Assembly: GCA_041659265.1 (NCBI GenBank)
Contig: JBAZYP010000003.1
Span: 101,221 to 165,220 of the forward strand
DNA: 64,000 nucleotides
Source of the DNA: Candidatus Pacearchaeota archaeon
GTDB lineage: Archaea; Nanobdellota; Nanobdellia; Pacearchaeales; GW2011-AR1
Direction: 5' to 3'
In this document: in pieces, positions 1 to 10,427 of the stretch
Layout: every line of letters begins with the position of its first letter
Position numbering within the stretch: position 1 is the stretch's first letter
Notes under the pieces: model-generated
Told to the model about the DNA's origin: nothing
Seen by the model: the letters and a program-made list of their open reading frames with translations, nothing else
The model's database searches: none
Program-made: the position numbers and the translations under genes

Positions 1-6
1 AGAACC

Positions 7-36
7 TTTAAATATAAGGTTACCTATTAGGTAACC
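7..36 (+). promoter_or_regulatory. Archaeal TATA box plus palindromic operator of the type IV TA operon
   Basis: TTTAAATA at 7-14, then a perfect 9-bp inverted repeat GGTTACCTA-T-TAGGTAACC (18-36) just before the ATG at 44. Confidence 0.7.
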
Positions 37-43
37 ATATAAA

Positions 44-646
44 ATGACATCAGAAATACCTCAATACGGCTTGAAAGCATATGCGTTATTTTTTGCAAAA
101 CATAAAGATAAAGAAGAATTTAAACAATCAGAATTAGACTGGATAGTTGGGCAAAGCATGAAAAAGAAAATATTTTCTTTATTGTTAAGGGCGGGGTGGA
201 TTAAAAAACAATCTGATAATACCTACATTTGTATTACCCCTGAAAATGTCATGAAAGGTTTATTGGAATTTAAAGTTCCTAAAATTATAAAAGAGGCAGA
301 AAAAGATTATTCTTTCACAAATTTATCTGCAGTAGAAATTTGGAGCGATTATTCGTATGTTCAAAGAGGAATAGAAAAGTCTCCATACTTTATCAAAGTA
401 TTAAAGAAAGATTTAAAATATTGGAAAAGTTTTTTTAATAAATGTAATATTCCAAATTATGTTAATAGCGGAACAACAATAGGAGAATATATTATTTTAA
501 TTCCTGTAGAAAAGTTAAGTTTTGTAGAAAAAGAAGGTTACAAAGTTGAAAGTTTATATGAAACAATAAAGTTAGCTAAATTAAATGAAATGTATTTGTA
601 TGCTTACAATTACATGAAAAAGAAATATAAAAATGTTACAGCTTAG
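44..646 (+). CDS. Putative type IV TA antitoxin (AbiEi-like, N-terminal wHTH)
   Basis: wHTH-like N-terminus (LLRAGWIKK); overlaps the downstream nucleotidyltransferase gene; operator upstream. Confidence 0.6.
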   Translation: MTSEIPQYGLKAYALFFAKHKDKEEFKQSELDWIVGQSMKKKIFSLLLRAGWIKKQSDNTYICITPENVMKGLLEFKVPKIIKEAEKDYSFTNLSAVEIWSDYSYVQRGIEKSPYFIKVLKKDLKYWKSFFNKCNIPNYVNSGTTIGEYIILIPVEKLSFVEKEGYKVESLYETIKLAKLNEMYLYAYNYMKKKYKNVTA

Positions 647-1316
647 AGAAAGAGAAATATTTGAAACTTTAAATAGAATGGAAAAATTTAAGTTTGTAAT
701 TATTGGAGGATATGCAGTAAATGCTTACACACTTCCAAGATTTTCAGTTGATTGTGATATTGTAGTTAAAGATACAAAAGAGTTAAAGGAAATTGAAAAT
801 GTCCTATTAAATTTTGGTTATTCAAGAGAGGAAAATAATAAAGATAAAACTTCTTATTATGGAGATTTCTTAAGAATGGAAAAAAATATTGGGAATGGAA
901 TGAATGTAAGTATCGATATCTTAATTAAAGAGATTTTAGATAGGCAAACAAATTCAATTTTTTCTGCAGAATGGATATTTGAAAATTCTGAAATAAAAAC
1001 ATTAAAGGGAAAAACCATAACTGAAGAATTAAAATTAAGGATCATAAACCTCGATGCACTATTTGTTTTAAAATTTGTAAGCCATAGATTAACTGATATT
1101 AGAGATATCTTTATGTTAGCTCCAAATATTAAAAATAAGAAATTAGTCAAGGAAGAAATCTCAAAAAAATATGATTTTAATAAATTGTTTGAAATAATTA
1201 AAGAAAAAATAACCTCAAAACAGTTTAAGGATAGTTTGCAAGGAGTTTATGGAATTTTAGATGATAAGGTTTTTGAGAAACATAAAAAGGCCATTCTAAA
1301 TTTGGATAAAATTTAG
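633..1316 (+). CDS. AbiEii-like nucleotidyltransferase toxin (type IV TA)
   Basis: Motif IIGGYAV...PRFSVDCDI and later K...R..DIRD, typical of AbiEii/Pol-beta NTases. Confidence 0.75.
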   Translation: MLQLREREIFETLNRMEKFKFVIIGGYAVNAYTLPRFSVDCDIVVKDTKELKEIENVLLNFGYSREENNKDKTSYYGDFLRMEKNIGNGMNVSIDILIKEILDRQTNSIFSAEWIFENSEIKTLKGKTITEELKLRIINLDALFVLKFVSHRLTDIRDIFMLAPNIKNKKLVKEEISKKYDFNKLFEIIKEKITSKQFKDSLQGVYGILDDKVFEKHKKAILNLDKI

Positions 1317-1376
1317 AAAGTATATCTTTTTTGATATACTTTGTGTAAAAGAGTTTATCCTAAAGGATATACTTTC
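1317..1376. repeat. Two tandem related hairpins after the TA operon (possible terminator)
   Basis: AAAGTATATC-T6-GATATACTTT (1317-1342), followed by a degenerate copy AGTTTATCC-TAAA-GGATATACT. Confidence 0.5.
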
Positions 1377-1442
1377 TTTTAGATAGGTTAATATATTTTA
1401 TTTATTAAATAGAAGAATAAGTAACAGAAAATAATAAAAAAG

Positions 1443-2057
1443 ATGGATTCAAACAGAAAAACAGCGATAATTGTAGGAATATTGTTTCTATTTTCTACAA
1501 TTACATTTATGATAGGAAGTAACCTTATACAATCGTTTTTTACTGATAAAAATCCAAATACTCCTTTATTGATTATTGGAGTGCTCCTTGAGATTTCTTG
1601 CGGTGTAGCAGTTGTTGGTATTGGGCTTTTAATGTTTCCAATCTTAAAAAATCTTAATAAAAATTTAGCTCTTGGATATGTTATTTTCAGGATTATTGAG
1701 TGTTTAATGATTATTATTAGCGGAGTTTATCTATTATCCCTGTTAAAATTAATGTGGAATTACGATATGATAATTTTTATCTTTACTGGCCTTGGTGGTT
1801 TGATATTTTCTTATTTATTATATCAATCAAAACTCATTCCAAGATATTTGTCTGTCCTTGGCATCATTGGATATGCAATATTGTTACTGGGAGTCTTGTT
1901 AACTATGTTGGGCTATGTTGATATAAACACTGGTACAGGAATGCTTTTATTACTTCCAGGGGGTTTATTTGAATTATTTCTGCCAATCTGGCTTTTTGTC
2001 AAGGGATTTAATAAATATGCACTTGCTTCTTCAGAATCAGCAAGTAAATCAAAATAG
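1443..2057 (+). CDS. DUF4386-family membrane protein
   Basis: Multi-TM protein; N-terminal RKTAIIVGILF and C-terminal GGLFELFLPIWLFVKGF. Confidence 0.75.
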   Translation: MDSNRKTAIIVGILFLFSTITFMIGSNLIQSFFTDKNPNTPLLIIGVLLEISCGVAVVGIGLLMFPILKNLNKNLALGYVIFRIIECLMIIISGVYLLSLLKLMWNYDMIIFIFTGLGGLIFSYLLYQSKLIPRYLSVLGIIGYAILLLGVLLTMLGYVDINTGTGMLLLLPGGLFELFLPIWLFVKGFNKYALASSESASKSK

Positions 2058-2315
2058 ATAATCTTAAATTTAATTAATGAAAGATTACAAATGAGAGTGT
2101 ATTGAAAAAATAAAAAATTTGTTTAAGGAAGAAGCAATCGAAATTAATGTTCTTCAAATAGGGGAAGATGAAGAAAAAATAAGACCTTTGCCTTTTTTAT
2201 AAAATCAATATTTATGAAGTAGATTATTTTTGCAAGAAAAAACTTTTATGGTTTTTTCTGCACAGAAAATCCATTGGATTTTATTGTGTTCCATAAAATG
2301 GATAATCCATTTACA

Positions 2316-2693
2316 CTAACTCATTTGTCTTGCTAAAAATTTATGAAAGTCATCAAAATATGAGTTTGGAGAAAGAAATTTTTCTTGATGAATATCAAAA
2401 TAATCCGAAGTCAAATATCCTCCGTCTAAAACAACAGAAAGTTCTGGTCTTTGATCTAATCTTTCAATATAACATAATCTTATATCATCGCTACCTATTT
2501 CATCTAAACTGTCTCCAGGAATTTCTATTGGGCCCCTAACCTTTGGAGTACCAATTTTTCCTTTTGTATAATCTTGATACACACGAGAAACTATCTCTGC
2601 TGCTTCTTGAACCGAAACTTCTGAATCTAAACCTAATAAAAAAGAAGCATTTCTTTTACTTCTCATTATGGATCGTACTTCTTGTATTTTCAT
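2316..2693 (-). CDS. Hypothetical protein
   Basis: 125-aa ORF with normal composition, co-oriented with 2706-3077. Confidence 0.6.
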   Translation of the reverse strand: MKIQEVRSIMRSKRNASFLLGLDSEVSVQEAAEIVSRVYQDYTKGKIGTPKVRGPIEIPGDSLDEIGSDDIRLCYIERLDQRPELSVVLDGGYLTSDYFDIHQEKFLSPNSYFDDFHKFLARQMS

Positions 2694-2705
2694 ATTATCT
2701 TTAAA

Positions 2706-3077
2706 TCAGAACTCTTTTTCTTGCCATCTGTATGTAGCATGAAAGAGTTGTTTTTTCTTTTTGTAATCGGGATGTGATGGGTTATAAAAAACAATATCTT
2801 CATCTTTTATTAGAGAAACTGTTACTTCTGCACATCCAATATATTTTCTTCCTGAAAATATCATATTATGCTTATTGATTCTAATACTTAGAATTCTATC
2901 TAAATCTTGTCCATCTTGAATCATAACAGCAAGTTTTCCTTCACATTCCCCTTCATAAGTTACAAAATTTCCTACTCTGTCTCCAAGAAAAGATATTTGA
3001 AAACAATCACCCGGGATAAGTTTCTCTAGATCAGATTCTTTTGTTACTGCAATTGAATTGGGTATCCTTGTTTCCAT
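2706..3077 (-). CDS. Hypothetical protein
   Basis: 123-aa ORF with an upstream BRE/TATA-like element (cgaaagttatttaaat on - strand, about 3141-3156). Confidence 0.6.
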   Translation of the reverse strand: METRIPNSIAVTKESDLEKLIPGDCFQISFLGDRVGNFVTYEGECEGKLAVMIQDGQDLDRILSIRINKHNMIFSGRKYIGCAEVTVSLIKDEDIVFYNPSHPDYKKKKQLFHATYRWQEKEF

Positions 3078-3245
3078 ATTAATATTTTATCTCAGAATCA
3101 GTCTGAGGCAGTTCACCTCAGTTTATATTCAAATTATAAGATTTAAATAACTTTCGAATGGGTCCCCTAAGGATCTCCCCAGAAAAAGAGCTAGGGGTAA
3201 ATAATCTAGACCAAAAAGGTAGCCTTTTGTGAACGAACTACCACT

Positions 3246-3818
3246 TTATGCCTCAAAATATTCTTTTTTTATTAATATTCTTTTATTACATGCTTTCCAA
3301 AGATGATTTGATAATGAAAATGCCGATTTTCTTTTTTTATCTGTAAAATAAGCCAAAATCACTTGCATATTATGCTCTTCCTTTATATCTTTTATAATTG
3401 GAACAAAATCTGTGTCAGAAGTTATAATCATAATCGTACTTACTTTTTTCTGTGCAGCAATTTTTAGCATATCCATTGTCATTAATGTATCAACCCCTTT
3501 TTGTTGAAATAAATTATCTATTTTTTGGCATCTTCCCTCTCTAATAATTATTTTAGGAGTTACTAATTCTAATCTAGAGATAAATTTATCATAATTCCCT
3601 TGTTTTTGTTTTTCACTATCTGTAGGAATAGGACTTTTATATGGTGGTGCGGTGTAGAAATAAATCTCTTCACAAAAAAGATTAAGTTCATTGCAAAGAT
3701 TAACTACTAATTTTTCTATCTTGTATTTTATAGGTTTACCCTCTCCAAAATATTTAGATATGTATGAAAGGTAAGCACTATCAATAAGAACAATTGTTTT
3801 ATTCATATAAAAAAGCAT
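3246..3818 (-). CDS. NYN-domain (PIN-fold, LabA/DUF88) ribonuclease; true start probably the Met at 3806
   Basis: Motifs VLIDSAY, QQKGVDTLM, ITSDTDFVP. Confidence 0.9.
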   Translation of the reverse strand: MLFYMNKTIVLIDSAYLSYISKYFGEGKPIKYKIEKLVVNLCNELNLFCEEIYFYTAPPYKSPIPTDSEKQKQGNYDKFISRLELVTPKIIIREGRCQKIDNLFQQKGVDTLMTMDMLKIAAQKKVSTIMIITSDTDFVPIIKDIKEEHNMQVILAYFTDKKRKSAFSLSNHLWKACNKRILIKKEYFEA

Positions 3819-3903
3819 CAGGCAACCCTTTCGGATTACCTGGGATTATGTTAATATTATTAATAGTTTATAGTATATAAGATTTTCTATGTTATAAATA
3901 AAA

Positions 3904-3926
3904 TGGACTTAAGAGAGGATCGAACT
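3904..3926 (-). repeat. Degenerate copy of the tRNA-Val 3' end, 82 bp downstream
   Basis: tggacttaagagaggatcgaact versus tggacctagagaggatcgaact at 3986; a 10-bp-stem hairpin (3956-3978) lies between them. Confidence 0.75.
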
Positions 3927-3985
3927 TATTCGATCACATTCCTATGAATCCTAGATAGTATTTGCTTTGCAAATACTAAAATATA

Positions 3986-4056
3986 TGGACCTAGAGAGGA
4001 TCGAACTCCCGAATTATCGGTGTAAACGATATGGTTTGCCACTAGCCTATAGGTCC
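3986..4056 (-). tRNA. tRNA-Val (anticodon TAC)
   Basis: Cloverleaf on - strand: acceptor GGACCTA/TAGGTCC, anticodon arm TATCG-TTTACAC-CGATA, T-arm GGGAG-TTCGATC-CTCTC, discriminator A, no encoded CCA. Confidence 0.93.
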
Positions 4057-4148
4057 TTTATTAAGTCTAAAAAAATAGACTTATAAATTATATAAAAGTC
4101 ATGCGTTTTTAAAGCTTTTTAGACCCAAAATTAGCTTAAAAATCAATA

Positions 4149-5666
4149 TTATTCAATTATTTTCTTAGCTAAACCTATTATTTCATCAAAATCTTCTTTA
4201 TTTGCCTTATATTTTGCAAATTCAACCATGCTGCATAAATTTAAGCAGGATTGTATTTTATCATATTGTATTTTTTGAGATTTTAATTCTCTTATTAATT
4301 CAGTATTGGTTATCTCTTTTTTAAGTCCATATCTATGGCTTAGATAGACTCTTATTGCTTCACTTGATTTTCCATAAGCATCTTTAAATCTTTCTTCTTT
4401 AAACAATCTTTTTGATTCTTCTAATAATTTTCTAGCTTCAGCTAGATAATCAAAATGAACCTCTGCCCTTTTTAATGGAACTGCTAATTCTGATTTTTTA
4501 TTTTTAGGATAGATTTTATATATCATTAAAAAACCTAGACTAGCAATTATTGCTAAAATAAATAAATAATATGTAAATGGAAATTGTTTATTTTTATCTA
4601 GTCTTACTTTTATTAATTGACTATTATTAAATTCAGCAATAATTCTTGCACTTTCATTATTTTTATTCATGTAATCAACATTAATATTAGTTAAACTTTC
4701 ATTTATCTTATCCATTGTTATTTCTTTTCTATTATATCCTTCTTTTTTTAATGCCCCTTCATAATTTTTGAATCTTTCATCATTTTCCATTATTTTTTGC
4801 ATTTCTTTTTCCTGAACTGAACTTTCCTTTTTTAAATTTTTAACTTTATTATCCTCTATTTTTCCACTTAAACTAGCTGTTTCAGAATCCTCTCTTTTAT
4901 AATTAATTTTAAAATCTCCATTTGTAGAATTTTCAGGATTTATTTCAACAGATTCTGGTTTATATCCTTGTTCTTGTAATTCTTGATTTTGTTTTTGAAA
5001 TTCAGAATTTTCTTGAATCTTTTTAGCAAGTTCTTTTTTTAATTCCTCATTTTGTTGCATCTCTTTTTGCATCTGTTGTTTTAATGCAGATGTATCTTGG
5101 TTTGCTTGATTATTTTGCATCCTATTCTGTAATTTATTTTGCTCTTGTTGTTGTTTTGCTTGTTCTTCCATTGCTTTTCTTTGCTCTTGTTGTTCTTTTT
5201 GTTGTTGTTTTTCCTTTTCATCTTGGGTTTGAGCTGAACTAGATTGCTGATTTTCTTTGTTTTGTTTTTGATCTTCTTTTTCAACAAAGATTATATTGAT
5301 TTTTGGTAATGTTATATAGATTTCTTTACCATTTTCCTTATATGTAAATTGCATTTCAATTGCCATATTCACAGGTTTATCTGAAGTACCAAAGTTCATT
5401 AAAAAGGGATTTTCTTTTATTGAAAGTTCTTGTGTTTGAGAATTTGAATTACTATAATAAAAGCCTTGTTGTTGGATTTTTTGTAGAACAGTATATGAAA
5501 TATATCCATCAACTTCCTTGAAATTTTCAATATCAGAAGGGATGACAGCATTTTCTCCAATTAAAAAATAATAATCACTCTGATTAGTTATAAATTTTAA
5601 TGGTTCAGCATTTATTGTTGGAACAAAAAGCAATATAAGAAAAAAAATATAATTTATTTTTATCAT
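4149..5666 (-). CDS. Secreted/membrane Bat-operon accessory protein with a Gln-rich linker
   Basis: Signal peptide, Q/E/K-rich region, TM near residue 365, C-terminal T..EL...C..VEFAKY domain typical of MoxR-operon proteins. Confidence 0.65.
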   Translation of the reverse strand: MIKINYIFFLILLFVPTINAEPLKFITNQSDYYFLIGENAVIPSDIENFKEVDGYISYTVLQKIQQQGFYYSNSNSQTQELSIKENPFLMNFGTSDKPVNMAIEMQFTYKENGKEIYITLPKINIIFVEKEDQKQNKENQQSSSAQTQDEKEKQQQKEQQEQRKAMEEQAKQQQEQNKLQNRMQNNQANQDTSALKQQMQKEMQQNEELKKELAKKIQENSEFQKQNQELQEQGYKPESVEINPENSTNGDFKINYKREDSETASLSGKIEDNKVKNLKKESSVQEKEMQKIMENDERFKNYEGALKKEGYNRKEITMDKINESLTNINVDYMNKNNESARIIAEFNNSQLIKVRLDKNKQFPFTYYLFILAIIASLGFLMIYKIYPKNKKSELAVPLKRAEVHFDYLAEARKLLEESKRLFKEERFKDAYGKSSEAIRVYLSHRYGLKKEITNTELIRELKSQKIQYDKIQSCLNLCSMVEFAKYKANKEDFDEIIGLAKKIIE

Positions 5667-6616
5667 GATATTATTCTATATCTCCCATAATTTAGATAAA
5701 TTTGCACTAAAATAATAATAAAAGCGAGTAAGAAAATATAATCCTTAATACTTGTAGGTTCTTTTTCTCTTTTAATATTTTCACTAATTCTTTTATAAAT
5801 CTCTTCTAAAGTATTATCATCAACACTCTTATAATATTCTCCACCTGTATTTTTAGCAATTTTTTGCAAGGTTGCTTCATCAAGTTCAGCATATTGGGCA
5901 TTTCCAAACCAATCATATCCTAGAACAACTTTTCCATTTGAACCCATTCCTATTGTATTAACTTGAATATTATTCAGTTTTGCATAGGCTATAGCTTCAT
6001 CAGGAGAAATAACTCCAGCATTACTAACTCCATCACTCAATAATATAACAACTTTTTTCTTATTTGGAATACTTGAAGCCATATCAATTGCAAGCGCTAA
6101 ACCATCTCCAATTGCAGTCTGCCCTTGTTTAACTTGTATTCCTCTTAATTTTTCAAGAACTCTATCTTTAAATGGAGATAAATATGCAGAGGTTGTAGCT
6201 CCAGATTCAAATAAAACTATTCCAATCTGATCATTAGCTTTAAGACTTTTTATCAAAACTTCTGCAGATTTTTTAGATGCTTCAACTCTTGTTGGAGTAT
6301 AATCAGTTGCTTGCATACTTCCTGAAACATCTAATGCTAAAACAACATTTACCCCCTCTTTAGTTTGCTTTAAAGGGATATTAGGATCAGCAAAACCAAT
6401 TATCATTAAAGATAGAACTATCATGAATAAGTAAAAATTAAGATGTTCCCTTAAATTAAATCTTTTTTTTGTAGCTTGTTTAATTAAACCGATATTACTA
6501 AATCTAATTGCAGCATCTTTTTTATTTTTATTTGATTTAATATAAAAATAATATAATACAGGTATTATTAATAAAAGATAAAGGTAATATGGTTTAAGAA
6601 ATGTAATATAACTCAT
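5663..6616 (-). CDS. VWA-domain protein, BatA-like
   Basis: N-terminal BatA TM segment, MIDAS DVSGSM, TAIGDGL, LLSDG. Confidence 0.9.
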   Translation of the reverse strand: MSYITFLKPYYLYLLLIIPVLYYFYIKSNKNKKDAAIRFSNIGLIKQATKKRFNLREHLNFYLFMIVLSLMIIGFADPNIPLKQTKEGVNVVLALDVSGSMQATDYTPTRVEASKKSAEVLIKSLKANDQIGIVLFESGATTSAYLSPFKDRVLEKLRGIQVKQGQTAIGDGLALAIDMASSIPNKKKVVILLSDGVSNAGVISPDEAIAYAKLNNIQVNTIGMGSNGKVVLGYDWFGNAQYAELDEATLQKIAKNTGGEYYKSVDDNTLEEIYKRISENIKREKEPTSIKDYIFLLAFIIILVQIYLNYGRYRIIS

Positions 6617-7491
6617 CTTATCCTCCTACATCTTAATCTAAAGAATTTTTTTAAAGGGATTTCATAAGGTTCATCTGATAATAAGTTAATAATATCAATA
6701 TTTAGTTTTTTTAAAGTTTTTTCTAAATTCTTATTTTTTTCTTTTAAAATATTTGAATAATTAGCTCTAAATACAGGATCATTTGTATTAACTAGGATTC
6801 TTTCACCGGTTTCTTCATCTTCTAATCTAATATAACCAATTCTAGGAATTTCTTGTTCTCTGATATCATTTAAATTAATGCAAATAATATCATTTCTTGA
6901 TTTTAACATCTTTAATGATTTGCTAAAATCATTAGTCATAAAATCTGAAACAATAAAAACAACACTTCTTTTTTTTATAATTCTTGAAATGAACTTTAAT
7001 GAATTATCAAGATCAGTTGTTTTTTCTTTTGGTTTATATAATAAAATTTCTCTTAATATTTTAAAAGCATGTCTTTTTCCTTTTCTAGCTGGAATATATC
7101 TTTCGATTTTATTTGTAAATAAGAATAAACCAGTATTATCATTATTTTTCATTGCAGAAAATAATAATGAAGCAATAAGTTCAATTGCCGCTTCTTTTTT
7201 TCTTTTTGTACTTCCAAATTCATTGCTTGATGAAATATCAAAAACAAAATATACTGTTAAATCTCTTTCTTCAATATATTCTTTTACATATGGAAAACCC
7301 ATTCTAGCTGTAACATTCCAATCAATAGACCTAATATCATCACCTGGATTATATTCCCTTACTTCAGAAAATTCAATTCCCCTTCCCTTAAAAGTTGAAT
7401 GATATGCTCCTTGTAATAATCCATCTACTAATATTTTTGTTTTAATCTCTAATTTCCTTACTTGTTTTATAATTTCATTTGGATTTTCCAT
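6613..7491 (-). CDS. DUF58-domain protein
   Basis: GRGIEFSEVREYNPGDDIRSIDWNVTAR signature. Confidence 0.93.
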   Translation of the reverse strand: MENPNEIIKQVRKLEIKTKILVDGLLQGAYHSTFKGRGIEFSEVREYNPGDDIRSIDWNVTARMGFPYVKEYIEERDLTVYFVFDISSSNEFGSTKRKKEAAIELIASLLFSAMKNNDNTGLFLFTNKIERYIPARKGKRHAFKILREILLYKPKEKTTDLDNSLKFISRIIKKRSVVFIVSDFMTNDFSKSLKMLKSRNDIICINLNDIREQEIPRIGYIRLEDEETGERILVNTNDPVFRANYSNILKEKNKNLEKTLKKLNIDIINLLSDEPYEIPLKKFFRLRCRRIR

Positions 7492-7493
7492 TT

Positions 7494-8480
7494 TTATGGA
7501 ACTCTTATCTTAGAAAGTATTTTATCAATTATTGATTCTGTTGATATTCCTTCTGCTTCAGCTTCATAGGTTAACATTATTCTATGTCTTAATACATCAT
7601 GAGCTATTTCTTGAATATCTTCAGGAATAACATATCCTCTTCCATTTAGTAGTGCATTAGCTTTACCAGCCATTATAAGCCATATTAAAGCTCTTGGTGA
7701 AGCACCATATTCAATCATAGAATCCAAATCTAACTTATATTCATGAGGTTTTCTAGTTGCTTCAACTATTTCACTAACATAATTCTCAATTTTTTCATCA
7801 CAATAAATATTTTTAAGAAAATTTTGTATTTTTATTATCTCTTTAGGAGATAATTTTTCTTTAACATCAAATTTCATTCCAGTGGTCATTCTATTGATTA
7901 TCTCAATTGAATCTTTTTTATTAGGATAATCAATAATTAATTTAAACATGAATCTATCAACTTGAGCTTCAGGTAATCTATAAGTTCCTTCTGTTTCTAT
8001 TGGATTTTGAGTAGCAAGAACCAAGAAGGGAAGTTCAAGTTTATAACTTTCTTCACCAATAGTTATTTGTTTTTCTTGCATTGCTTCAAGTAATGCAGAC
8101 TGTACCTTTGGCGGAGCCCTATTAATTTCATCAGCTAAAATAAAATTTGCAAATAGAGGCCCTTTTTTTGTTGTAAATTCACCGGTTTTATTATTATAGA
8201 TTTTAGTTCCAATAATATCTGCGGGTAATAAATCAGGAGTAAATTGAATCCTTTGAAATTTAGCACTTAATGTTTCTGATAATGTTTTTATCATCATGGT
8301 TTTAGCTAGTCCAGGTACTCCTTCTAATAATACATTGCCATCAGCAATTAAGGCCATAATTAATCTATCAATTATTTTCTCTTGACCAACAATAACTTTA
8401 CTAATTTCTTTTTTAACTAAATCTAATGTTTTTGATAATTCTTCAGCTTCTTTATTTAATTTTTTTATATCCGCATCCAT
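7494..8480 (-). CDS. moxR: MoxR-family AAA+ ATPase
   Basis: LLEGVPGLAKT, RIQFTPDLLPADI, LADEINRAPPKVQSALLEAMQE. Confidence 0.96.
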   Translation of the reverse strand: MDADIKKLNKEAEELSKTLDLVKKEISKVIVGQEKIIDRLIMALIADGNVLLEGVPGLAKTMMIKTLSETLSAKFQRIQFTPDLLPADIIGTKIYNNKTGEFTTKKGPLFANFILADEINRAPPKVQSALLEAMQEKQITIGEESYKLELPFLVLATQNPIETEGTYRLPEAQVDRFMFKLIIDYPNKKDSIEIINRMTTGMKFDVKEKLSPKEIIKIQNFLKNIYCDEKIENYVSEIVEATRKPHEYKLDLDSMIEYGASPRALIWLIMAGKANALLNGRGYVIPEDIQEIAHDVLRHRIMLTYEAEAEGISTESIIDKILSKIRVP

Positions 8481-8653
8481 CTTTTAATTTTAACCCATAA
8501 AGATAGATTTGGTTATCTAATTTATAAAAGTTGCGAATTCTAATTCCATAAATGATCTTTTATAAGTTTAGATAATAATTTCATTCTTAATTTTTACTTT
8601 TTATCCCACTCAAGAGAGGAGAAACAAGTAAATAAGTTAAGATGAATTATCAC

Positions 8654-9163
8654 CTATATATCTTCAACATGAGTTACTAGTTTGTATAAAGCCTCTTCAA
8701 TATATTTTTGGCGTTCTTTTCCACTAATAGATTTATGAGGATCTTTTGCATCTTTGATATATCCATTTTCAGCCATAACTTTACCAACAGTTATTCTTCC
8801 AAAACCAATTTGTCTTGCTATTTCAACATATTTTTGAGGAAAAATAACTCCATCACTAAATACTATATATTCTCTTTCTCCATGTGGATCTTGTAACATT
8901 ATTACCGCTATATCCGTCCAGCCATCATCTTCATCAAAAATTCCATTTTCTATTGAGATAATTCTATCAAGTCCATTAATTCTTTTTTTAAGATCAGTTA
9001 TTCTATTTCTAGCTCCTTCCATAGTTGATTCATTTACAGGTTGTGCACCAACTCCAGAATCCGTTGAATAACCCGTGACTTCAGCATGAATGCCTAAAGA
9101 AGCATAAACATTTTTTACAGCATCAACTTTAAAACCATTGTTAGAAGTAACACCAATTTTCAT
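8654..9163 (-). CDS. yjjX: Non-canonical purine NTP phosphatase (YjjX/DUF84 family)
   Basis: VTSNNGFKVDAV, SGVGAQP, GARNR, SIENGI. Confidence 0.75.
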   Translation of the reverse strand: MKIGVTSNNGFKVDAVKNVYASLGIHAEVTGYSTDSGVGAQPVNESTMEGARNRITDLKKRINGLDRIISIENGIFDEDDGWTDIAVIMLQDPHGEREYIVFSDGVIFPQKYVEIARQIGFGRITVGKVMAENGYIKDAKDPHKSISGKERQKYIEEALYKLVTHVEDI

Positions 9164-9235
9164 AAATTAAAAAATCAAATTTTATTTAAAAATCTTTATA
9201 TAGTCAAGAACTACTATTTTCTTCCATTTTCTAGA

Positions 9236-9433
9236 TTATACTCCGCAACTTGGACAATAAGATGTTCTTGGTGTACCTATTACATAATCTTTATATAAAT
9301 GAGCATGTTCTTTAGAACAAAATGGTTTTTCTCTTAATCCAGTAAATTCTGGAACTTTAACTAGTTCAATAATCTCTTTTCCTCTTTCAATCTTATTAGA
9401 ACAGTACTGACATTTTTGTTTAAATAATTTCAT
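9236..9433 (-). CDS. Small Cys-rich zinc-binding protein (TRASH-like)
   Basis: CQYC...FCSKEH...CPSC. Confidence 0.65.
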   Translation of the reverse strand: MKLFKQKCQYCSNKIERGKEIIELVKVPEFTGLREKPFCSKEHAHLYKDYVIGTPRTSYCPSCGV

Positions 9434-9611
9434 TATATCAAGAACTGATATTTATATATAAACATTTTTTAGTATTGATAGAAATTAATTCAATTTAGCA
9501 GTACTTAAAAGAAAAACAGTTTTGCTAATTTTTTTCATTCTCTTAAAAAATATTTAATTTGCTTTTTGTTTAATAAGTTAGCTGCTGTAATAATTACCGA
9601 GACTTTATTCA

Positions 9612-10427
9612 CTATTCCAATTTTCCTTCTAAAGTTTGTTTAAACCAATTAAGAAATTTTTCATAATTCGTTCCTCTCTTATGCCAATCATGCATCTTAG
9701 CTACAATAAAAGAGAGATATAAAAATTGTTTGTATTCATCTGTAAAAAAACTTGGATCTGCAACTTCTTTATATCCTTCTAAAAATTCTTTTCTTGAATC
9801 AGGGCAAGTGAACCATTTTAAATATGCCTTAGCAAATCCCCTCCCTTTGGTTAAATGCCATATTGCATCAATATCAACAAGATAAGTATCACAATTATTA
9901 TCCATTCTAAAGTTTCTTGGAATAGAATCAGTTAATTCACTAACAATCTCAATTTTTTCAGGCCGGTAATTTGCATACCTATGACAAGCAGTTTTAAACT
10001 CTTCTTCACTTATAACTTTATTTTCTACTAAATAAATTGCTCCATTAAAAAAACTACCATCTACATCTTTTACAATATCATTTGGAATCTGGTTGACTAT
10101 AGCTTGCATTCTACCTATCTTTCTAGCTTGATTTTTATCTTCATAAGATAAATCTCTTCCTTCAATAAATTCATACAATATATCTCTTCCATCAATTTCA
10201 TACATAGTTGGAATAATGCCTGAATTTGATAAAGCTAAAGAATATTTTTTATATCTTTCAAGATTTTCAGAACTATTACATCTTCTTAAGATATATTTTT
10301 GATTATCAAGTATAGCTAAATGCACTTCTTTTGTCATTCCTCCACCTCCTTTAGGACATTCAAGTAATTTAACTTCCCCAAATTCAAGAATCTCTTTTAT
10401 TGTAGGAATGGTTCGGATTTGACTCAT
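9612..10427 (-). CDS. Aminoglycoside phosphotransferase/choline-kinase-like kinase
   Basis: Gly-rich loop, KYILR, YEFIEG, D....NF and YLVDID kinase-fold motifs. Confidence 0.7.
   Translation of the reverse strand: MSQIRTIPTIKEILEFGEVKLLECPKGGGGMTKEVHLAILDNQKYILRRCNSSENLERYKKYSLALSNSGIIPTMYEIDGRDILYEFIEGRDLSYEDKNQARKIGRMQAIVNQIPNDIVKDVDGSFFNGAIYLVENKVISEEEFKTACHRYANYRPEKIEIVSELTDSIPRNFRMDNNCDTYLVDIDAIWHLTKGRGFAKAYLKWFTCPDSRKEFLEGYKEVADPSFFTDEYKQFLYLSFIVAKMHDWHKRGTNYEKFLNWFKQTLEGKLE

Noticed and set aside
3904-4056. Intact integrated element at tRNA-Val
   Set aside because: The att-like copy is only 82 bp from the tRNA and no integrase is present; at most a scar
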